Shown: positions 56,942 to 64,000 of the stretch, one piece after another
Position numbering within the stretch: the stretch's first letter is position 1
How the letters are laid out: the number at the start of each line of letters is the position of its first letter
Source of the DNA: Diplonema japonicum
Lineage: Eukaryota > Protista > Euglenozoa: Diplonemea
Reading direction: 5' to 3'
Assembly (NCBI GenBank): GCA_964019335.1
Contig: OZ025650.1
Location: 558,001-622,000, forward strand
DNA length: 64,000 bases
Program-made: the position numbers and the translations under genes
The notes under the pieces: generated by a model
What the model was told of the DNA's origin: nothing
The model's input: the letters and a program-made list of their open reading frames with translations, nothing else
Databases searched by the model: none

Positions 56942-57467
56942 ATGTCGATCACGCTTGACAGAGACCAGGTTCTGAACGGGCTGTGGTGCACGGCCGCACT
57001 TGCTGCGAACTTGATGGCATGCCAGATGGGGCAGGGTAAGGCAAGGTTCCCTGCAGGTGAGAGGCCCCCTGAAGACAGGAAGCTGAACCTCGCAAAGACA
57101 ACAAAGGCGAAACAGACCTACGGGATGGAACAGCTTGAGGGGGATGATGAGAAAATCAAGAAGGTGAAGGAAACCGCCATCAGGTGGACGAGGGTGCACC
57201 AGAATGCCATTGAGAACGTTCCGCTTGGCCTCATTGTTGGCTGGGCCACCACCCTTGCTTCTGGGGATTCTGCCATGCAGAGGTACTTCTTCATTGCCTT
57301 CACCGTCTGCAGGGTATGCCTCGAAAAAAAAAGAAAAAAAAAAAAAAAAAAAGTGGCTCCACACCATCTCCTACGTTAAGCAGCTCCAGCCCCACCGTGC
57401 TCTCACGTGGCTCGGTGCCTGGATCAGCATTATCGGCATGCTCACCGTTGGCATCAGAGCCCTCTGA
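56942..57467 (+). CDS. MAPEG family protein (microsomal glutathione S-transferase / PTGES-like)
   Basis: RWTRVHQNAIENVP; removing intron 57314-57353 restores FTVCRWLHTISY..LQPHRAL. Confidence 0.88.
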
Positions 57468-58073
57468 CCCTTGTATGACGAATAATATCTTTTCTTGCCA
57501 CACCCCGTCCCCTTTTTTTTCTTCGAATTTTTTTATCCCCCAAAAAAAATATTTTGATTTGGAAAGACGGGCCCCTTTTTTTTTCTTGCACCCAAGAAAA
57601 AAACTTTAAAAAAAAAAAATACTGTCCACCTAAACAAACGTAAATTGGCCAAAAAGGAAGCAAAGGAGGTGTTTACTAAGGTAAGCAATGCCGCTGCTAA
57701 GTTATCAAAAGCTTAAGCCGATTTCCTCAAGCAGCGCCCCCTGATGGTTCAAGTGTTTTGTATTCAAAGCAGAAACACTCGTTAATTTATGTGTTTATGA
57801 GTGTTGAGATTACTTTTTTTCTCAAGATGTCTACTTACGCTTTTTGTGTGGATGTTGTCAAAATATCCAGACAATTACCCCCCCCCCCCCCCCATTCTTT
57901 TTCGATGAATGTATCCTCCTGACCCTTCTCTTTGCTCTTTAAGTTATTGGTACATGGTTGGCTTCATTTAAGTGTGTGAGTTGTAAAAACCCGCTGCTTG
58001 TTCGGTAGTTCTGCTGGTCCAGACAAAGATTTGCATTCACACCATAGCAACGCCCAGCTAGAGGATACACAAC

Positions 58074-59687
58074 ATGACAACGTATCGGAAAGACGTGAAG
58101 AGCAGAACTGCTGGGAACACGCCCCTTGAAGAAGATAAGGTAGCATATGTGAAACGGTGGTTAAACGAGATGAGCTTTGTGGTGATTGATGGTGGAACGG
58201 GGACAGAGATAGAGAAGCTTGCGGGAACGGAGGCCATGAACTCGGAGGGGTGGAGCTGCAAGTGCAACCTCACCCACCCTGAAGTAGTTAAAAAGGTGCA
58301 CTTGAACTACCTGCAGGCAGGCGCTGATATCATCATTGCTAACACATATGCCACGAACCCCAACGTGATGCTTGCTGGTGGCAGCTTCACACCTAAAGAA
58401 CAGCGGCGCAGCACCATAGAAGGTGTACGCCTTGCTAAGGAGGCAGTTGGGGTGAACTCGGCAGGGGGCGGGCATATGAAGCCACTGGTGGCCGGTTCTT
58501 TGTCGTGCCATCCTCCGCTCATGCCGCCCAACGCTGAATTCGACAAAGGGATATGGCCCCCCCCTGACGTGGAGGAGAGGAACTGCACGCTTCATGCACA
58601 GCAACTAAAGGACAGCGGCGTCGACGTGATTTTCCTTGAAATGGTATGGGACTTGGAACACGGCAAGCGTGCCTTGCGTGCTGCTGTGTCCGTCGGGCTC
58701 CCTGTCTTTGCGGCGGTGTGCATCCCTCTACCGATGGAAGGCAAGCACACCATGGAAGCACTGCGCCGCCTGACCATCCCGGACGACGAAATCACTCTCG
58801 GAGGGTCCGGCAGCACTTCCGTCGTCGAAGCAGTGCAAGAGATGATGCGCTACCCCAACGTGGTGGGCATCAACGTGCACCACACACCGTTGCCTTTTGT
58901 AAAAACAGCGCTTGAAGCAGTTAGGAGGGCCGGCTGGAAAGGCTTCCTTGGTGTGTATCCTGACCACGGCACCTTCTGTAACCCACACTGGGTGACACAT
59001 GAGCTCGACAAGTCACAGTTCCTTCTTCACTGCGAAGAATGGGTAGAGAAGACAGGCTGCAAGGCCATTGGCGGGTGCTGTGGGGTCGGCCCAGATGTGA
59101 TCCAAGGCATTCATGGGCATAAAGCCACACTGATTGAGAAATACAAAAAATGGGAAAACACTTGCAACCCTCCACTTGCACCCCCGCTAGAACCACCACC
59201 TTCGCCTAAGAAACCAACGCCCGTTGCTGGAGCTCCAAAATGGGCTTTTGTGGTTTTTTTATTAGTGCTTTTTGTGTGGTTTGATCTACAGCGCGGGCCC
59301 AGCAATTGGAACAAAGTGAAAGTTACCACTGAGTGGTCCAAAGATTGTGGCGAAGAGTGGAGGGGTGTTTGGTTCTTATTAATGGACACCGACAATGATG
59401 GCACTGTTACACCCAACGAGTTCAACATGTTCATGTCCCGCAGGCCACACCTAAGGAGGCGAATCCTTCGCAACAGTAACCTCACCATGGACATGCTCCT
59501 TATGAAGCTTGACCCCTCCAACACAGGCGTTGTGACTCTCTCCAATTTTGCCAAATTGTGGCGATCTCCTATCGTAGGCCAGTTGGAAGACCCTTGTCCC
59601 CTTCCTAGGAGGGCGCAAAAGAAGCCTGTAAAGAAGGAATCTCCAGGCGGACCGCCGAGGAGGCGTGCAGTACGGAAGCCCAACTAG
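58074..59687 (+). CDS. Homocysteine S-methyltransferase-family domain fused to a Pro linker, a TM helix and two EF-hand-like loops
   Basis: IDGGTGTEIE, VHLNYLQAGADIIIANTY, IGGCCGVGP; WAFVVFLLVLFVWF; DTDNDGTVTPNEF, DPSNTGVVTLSNF. Confidence 0.8.
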   Translation: MTTYRKDVKSRTAGNTPLEEDKVAYVKRWLNEMSFVVIDGGTGTEIEKLAGTEAMNSEGWSCKCNLTHPEVVKKVHLNYLQAGADIIIANTYATNPNVMLAGGSFTPKEQRRSTIEGVRLAKEAVGVNSAGGGHMKPLVAGSLSCHPPLMPPNAEFDKGIWPPPDVEERNCTLHAQQLKDSGVDVIFLEMVWDLEHGKRALRAAVSVGLPVFAAVCIPLPMEGKHTMEALRRLTIPDDEITLGGSGSTSVVEAVQEMMRYPNVVGINVHHTPLPFVKTALEAVRRAGWKGFLGVYPDHGTFCNPHWVTHELDKSQFLLHCEEWVEKTGCKAIGGCCGVGPDVIQGIHGHKATLIEKYKKWENTCNPPLAPPLEPPPSPKKPTPVAGAPKWAFVVFLLVLFVWFDLQRGPSNWNKVKVTTEWSKDCGEEWRGVWFLLMDTDNDGTVTPNEFNMFMSRRPHLRRRILRNSNLTMDMLLMKLDPSNTGVVTLSNFAKLWRSPIVGQLEDPCPLPRRAQKKPVKKESPGGPPRRRAVRKPN

Positions 59688-59849
59688 TAAACAGTTCTCG
59701 CTCTGCTATCTTTTCTGCTTTTTTTTTAAGGTGCGGTTTGTGAAATCTAATTTGCATTTTGCACTGTCAATATATTCTTCTTTTTTTTCTCTCTTTTTGG
59801 TTATCTCCCCGTGTTTGCAACATTACACACTATATTTCACAGACACACA

Positions 59850-60347
59850 ATGGCGAGTCTCTTACTTGTGACAGCTGCTCTTGCAACCCAGCTGCAATCA
59901 GCAAAAGAAGCGGTGGTGGAATCTGGCGTGGAGTGGCAGATCTCCGATGGTGGGACTGTGGTAGGCTACTTCAAGGGTGTTGATGGGTTAAGCACTGAGC
60001 TTGAGGTGGTTGAGTACCAGGATGGCGACGGACTGTTCGCCCTGCGCAAGAGGCCAGGGAGGGCAAAGTACGGCGACGTCACTCTGAAGAGAGGTTATTT
60101 CCTCAGAGAGGGCATGCAGCAATGGTTGAACCAGGTAGTCGAAGCAGGTAAAAAGGGAGACGTCTCTGACTCATCATTTAAGCGCAAGATGAGGCTGACT
60201 CAAATGCACCACGGGGATCCCAAAGGGTCATGGGCTCTGTACGGATGCTGGCCCAAGCAGTGGAGAGTAAATGGCTTTGATGGAAAAAGCAACGACGTTT
60301 CCACAGAAGAGATCGTCTTCGTGGTGGAAGACATGCAGATTGCATGA
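59850..60347 (+). CDS. Phage tail tube protein, T4 gp19 / contractile injection system (Afp1/Pvc1-like) family, with an N-terminal hydrophobic leader
   Basis: F..VDGL.TE.EVVEYQDG...RKRPGRAKYGDVTLKRG...W...W.L.GCWP..W....DGKSNDV..EEIVFVVE. The Met at 59850 follows a pyrimidine tract and CAG. Confidence 0.88.
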   Translation: MASLLLVTAALATQLQSAKEAVVESGVEWQISDGGTVVGYFKGVDGLSTELEVVEYQDGDGLFALRKRPGRAKYGDVTLKRGYFLREGMQQWLNQVVEAGKKGDVSDSSFKRKMRLTQMHHGDPKGSWALYGCWPKQWRVNGFDGKSNDVSTEEIVFVVEDMQIA

Positions 60348-60883
60348 GGTGCACGCCCGCCTTTTGGCCCTGCTGATCTTGCGTATTAGCAGCTAGCTCG
60401 AAAGGTTGAAAAGGTGCTCTTGTGCCGTACACGATCCCTCTCTTTTTTATATTTTTTTTTTCTCGTTGTCCTTCTCACCCAGCAAGCGGAATGTGTCCAC
60501 AGGGTGTTATTATATAGTTTTGAACTCATCCACTTTCGTTCACTTTACTCTTCAGGATGACACAGTTTATATGACGTCTGTGCAAGTAGCAGCATGGGTG
60601 AAGGGCCACCCGTGGAGGGTGGAAGATGGTCTAGACCCTCCTCAAGTTAAGGAAGACGGCTGCACACAGGACAAGGCGGCAGAACAGATAGAAGAGACTG
60701 TCGATGAAGCTCAGGAACCAATGCTTGCAGAACCAGAAGAGATGCAAAAACAGGAATTAGTTGAAACTGAAAAACAGCATTCGGCAGCGGTCTGACTGTT
60801 ATTTACATAACTTTCAAATATGTTGAACGACTGCAATATCCTGTAGATCATTCCTGCTTAGCCATCACAGGTCACCAGGTCAC

Positions 60884-61939
60884 ATGAACGGTGCACTTTC
60901 GGGTGCCAACAAGAGGGTGCTCTCAGCTGGTGATGAAGATGAGATGACAGCAAAAAGAAGGAAGCCTGAGGCAGCAAGTGTAGAGCTGAGAGTGATGTGC
61001 TTCAACATCTTAGCGGACTGGGCAGCAGTAGACTACACCAACGAGCTGTACACATATGCTGCGAGGGAAGATCGACCGTGGGTGCTGAACTGGAAGCGAA
61101 GGTTTGAATGCATCAAAGATGAGATAAATAAATGGGCACCAGCAGTGCTAGCCGTACAGGAAGCGGATCCTGTGGAGGAGGTAGCAGACTTCTTGAAGAG
61201 CGAGAACTACCAAGTAGAGTACGTGACTAAGACAAAGCATACGAAGCATGACTCGGTGTTGCTAGCATGGCGTAGTAACCTACTCGATTTGAAAAGGGCA
61301 GAGCGTGTCTATATGAGTGAAGCACCCCCGAAATTGTCGAAGCCGCAGGTAGGACTCTTGCTTGAGTTCCAACTGAGAGGCACTGGCAGACGGCTGCTCG
61401 TCTCAACAACACATATCTATTTCGCTCCAAAAGCGGGCGATGTGAAGAAATACCAGATAGATGTTATGCTGCAGCGAGTGACAGCTTTTCTCAACGGCTG
61501 GAGTGTCGGGGAGCCTCTCCGAACGGGAGGACCCATCATGCCTCTAATGTCGGGTTTTAAAATGGTGCACAATAGGGAGCCTGTCTGGACCAACTCTCAT
61601 GCGACATTTCGCGACACCGTAGACTACATCTGGCTAGCGGGTCTAACTCCCGTGGCAGCACCGTGTCCTACACGAGAAATGCAGGAACGCATTGTGGGCA
61701 TCCCATCGCCAGACTTCGGCTCGGACCACGTTCCTATAGTGCTGGACGTGAAGGTAGATGTGACACCTGGCAGCAGTGCTATCTTCATGGGGGACTTCAA
61801 CATGACACCCCGCTCTGAGCTTTATAGATACATCAACACTGCACGCGCACCGGGGAAGAACCTAAAAGCGTGGGCTGCAATGTCATCGCAACGACGCCCA
61901 TTCCGAAATATGACATTGTTCCCCGGCCCTTTAGTTTAG
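60884..61939 (+). CDS. Endonuclease/exonuclease/phosphatase (Angel/CCR4/nocturnin-like) with rearranged motif order; may have an upstream exon at 60571-60790
   Basis: VMCFNILA, LNWKRR, LAVQEAD, TTHIYFAPKAGDVK..Q, TVDYIW, SDH, MGDFN. Confidence 0.85.
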   Translation: MNGALSGANKRVLSAGDEDEMTAKRRKPEAASVELRVMCFNILADWAAVDYTNELYTYAAREDRPWVLNWKRRFECIKDEINKWAPAVLAVQEADPVEEVADFLKSENYQVEYVTKTKHTKHDSVLLAWRSNLLDLKRAERVYMSEAPPKLSKPQVGLLLEFQLRGTGRRLLVSTTHIYFAPKAGDVKKYQIDVMLQRVTAFLNGWSVGEPLRTGGPIMPLMSGFKMVHNREPVWTNSHATFRDTVDYIWLAGLTPVAAPCPTREMQERIVGIPSPDFGSDHVPIVLDVKVDVTPGSSAIFMGDFNMTPRSELYRYINTARAPGKNLKAWAAMSSQRRPFRNMTLFPGPLV

Positions 61940-62022
61940 TTCCTCCTTTTTTAGACTTCAGTACCATCACATTACATTACAGGTTATCACTCACGGTCGG
62001 AACGTCCAAGTAAATACCTAAA

Positions 62023-62859
62023 ATGCCCCGTGTTCCCGTCCCTGAAAAGCAGAAGAAGGCACAGGCTGCCGCTGCCAAGTCCTCGGCCAAGGCCACCGCT
62101 GCTGGTGCTGAGAAGGCTGAGTCCGCTGTTGAGAAGCGCCGTCAGTACATGAAGAAGGCAGCCCTTTACAACAAGCAGTACAAGGCTGAGGCCAACACCC
62201 TCAAGTCCATGAAGCTGACCGCCCAGAAGGAGGGCAACTTCTACAGCGAGCCCGGTGCCAAGATCGCCTTCGTGGTGAGGATCAGGGGTATCAACGACGT
62301 CGCCCCCAAGCCCAGGAAGATCCTGCAACTCCTCCGCCTGAGGCAGCTCCACACTGGTGTCTTCGTGAGACTGAACAAGGCCACCCTCAACATGCTGAAG
62401 AAGGTTGAGGCCTTCGTTGCCTGGGGGTATGCATACTATAAGAAATATCACACTACTTCAGGTACCCCTCCCTGAGCACCGTCCGTGCTCTCGTCTACAA
62501 GCGTGGGTACCTGTCCGTCAAGGGCAACCGTATCCCCATCTCTGAGAACGCTGTATGTTATTCACACAACAAGCACAACACACATTAGGTTGTCGAGGAG
62601 GCTCTCGAGAAGAAGACCAAGGCTGGCGTGATGTGCGCTGAGGACATTGTGAACCAGCTCCTCACGAGTGGCGAGCACTTCAGCCAGGTTGCTCACACTC
62701 TGTGGCCCTTCAAACTCAGCACCCCCAACGGTGGTATCAAATACAAGAACTCCCACTTCGTCGAGGGTGGTGACTACGGCAACCGCGAGACGCTTATCAA
62801 GTATGGCAACTTTCACAAATACCAACGCACACAGCGCCCTCCTTGCTCGCATGATCTAA
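62023..62859 (+). CDS. RPL7: 60S ribosomal protein L7 (uL30)
   Basis: FVVRIRGIN...RKILQLLRLRQ, YKRGY, LWPFKLS.P.GG, HFVEGGDYGNRE; introns 62427-62461, 62553-62588, 62801-62834. Confidence 0.97.
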
Positions 62860-63015
62860 GTGTAGTACTGGGGTATCTTTATCATCTTTCGTTGCTGGTT
62901 GTAGTTCTTTTCATACCTTAAGTGTTACATTATTTGTTTGTAGTTACAATATGGCAATTCCAAGACCAGCACGGCTGGCGGCGGTGCAGGTGAACGGTGT
63001 ATTTAAAGGATTGCT

Positions 63016-64000
63016 ATGACGCAACATGAAGATGAGGTGGGAGAGATCCTGAGGAGGATGTGCAGGGACTGCAGGGTGCATGGTGTCAGGAGGATGGAGT
63101 ATAACGAAGTAAAAAGAGATATGTTGAGTTTTTACAGGGAATTTGTGGCCGGGAGGAAGCCCTGCGTGATGGAAGGCGGGCTGACAGAGTGGCGCGGTTT
63201 GTGGGAGTGGGACAAGAAGACGCTGGAAACGAGGATGGGTGATAGCAAGGTGACTGTAGCCGTGACACCCAACGGCAGAGCAGATGCTTTGACCGACGTG
63301 GGCGGGAGGACGTTGTTCATGCGCCCCGACGAGCAGCTGTTAAGTTTCAAAGACTTCTCCAGCCAACTCCACGAGCAGAACCCACATCGCGTTCTATATG
63401 CACAAAAGCAGAATAACTCCTTCAATGAAGAGTACGCACCCCTGCACGAGGACATTACCGACAACCTGCACAACATGGGCCGTACCATCTTCGGCAGCGA
63501 ACCTGAGGCCGTGAACTTCTGGATGGGAAGCGACGCCACCGTGTCTTCCATGCACAGGGACCACTACGAAAACCTGTATGCCGTCGTAAGGGGGTCGAAG
63601 ACCTTCACACTCGTCCCACCCTGGGAGAGCTCATTCATCCCCTATACGGAGCACAAGGAGGGTATGTGGAAAGAGGACGGCGAAGGCAGTTTTAAGGTAG
63701 AGCCCCTTGACAGTTCTGTAAAGTGGGTGGACGTGGACCCGAGCGACCCCAACGCTGCGGAAAAGTACCCCCTGTGGGCTAATGCGCATCCCTTAACCGT
63801 TACAGTGGAAGCGGGTGATGTGCTGTACCTCCCCTCGACGTGGTACCACGAGGTGAGCCAGTGCGGTGACGACGATGGGGTCACCATCGCCGTGAACTAC
63901 TGGTGGGACATGCACTACGACACCAACTTCTGGATGCTCGAGGCTGCACGGAGGGTGGGCAACCTCGCTAAAGGCGAACCCCTCAGCGACGATGACGAGT
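63016..64000 (+). CDS. JMJD7: JmjC-domain lysyl hydroxylase, JMJD7-like (stop just beyond the window)
   Basis: Not in the ORF track. Reads FYREFV..RKP, VAVTPNGRADA, YAQKQN, PEAVNFWMG, SSMHRDHYENLY.VV.GSK.F, GDVLYLPSTWYHEVSQ, AVNYWWDM. Confidence 0.88.
   Translation, partial: MTQHEDEVGEILRRMCRDCRVHGVRRMEYNEVKRDMLSFYREFVAGRKPCVMEGGLTEWRGLWEWDKKTLETRMGDSKVTVAVTPNGRADALTDVGGRTLFMRPDEQLLSFKDFSSQLHEQNPHRVLYAQKQNNSFNEEYAPLHEDITDNLHNMGRTIFGSEPEAVNFWMGSDATVSSMHRDHYENLYAVVRGSKTFTLVPPWESSFIPYTEHKEGMWKEDGEGSFKVEPLDSSVKWVDVDPSDPNAAEKYPLWANAHPLTVTVEAGDVLYLPSTWYHEVSQCGDDDGVTIAVNYWWDMHYDTNFWMLEAARRVGNLAKGEPLSDDDE

Noticed and set aside
60571-60883. Upstream exon joined to the EEP gene
   Set aside because: I found no single GT-AG intron that joins it in frame, so it is left unresolved.
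58000-62000. Prophage or complete eCIS locus around the tube gene
   Set aside because: No sheath, baseplate, spike, capsid, integrase or att-like repeats are visible; the neighbours are cellular enzymes and an intron-containing ribosomal protein gene.

Overview
Eukaryotic nuclear DNA, gene-dense, most likely from a euglenozoan protist (a diplomenid/diplonemid is my inference, not something the sequence proves). About 21 genes lie on the minus strand (1-31.1 kb) and about 17 on the plus strand (35.7-64 kb). The two unidirectional clusters diverge from a ~4.6 kb non-coding strand-switch region that is almost free of CpG and contains degenerate repeats. Genes carry about 30 very short (31-53 nt) GT-AG introns, most starting GTATG; I spliced these by hand because they break or hide genes in the ORF track (UBC13, JMJD7 and the first ORF are missing from it). 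The standout is an intronless gene at 59850-60347 for a T4 gp19-type phage-tail / contractile-injection-system tube protein. It has an added N-terminal hydrophobic leader and sits co-oriented among ordinary eukaryotic genes, which suggests a domesticated, possibly secreted tube protein. Other notable signals: an Angel/CCR4-like EEP enzyme whose GDFN motif has moved behind the SDH motif; CG/TG/CA variants in repeats that point to CpG methylation and deamination; introns biased to the 3' end of genes; a homocysteine methyltransferase-TM-EF-hand fusion; a tandem GT15 with patchwork gene conversion; a pseudo-metacaspase; and twin small uncharacterised Cys/Gly proteins. All family calls come from motif recognition by eye, and no database search was run.
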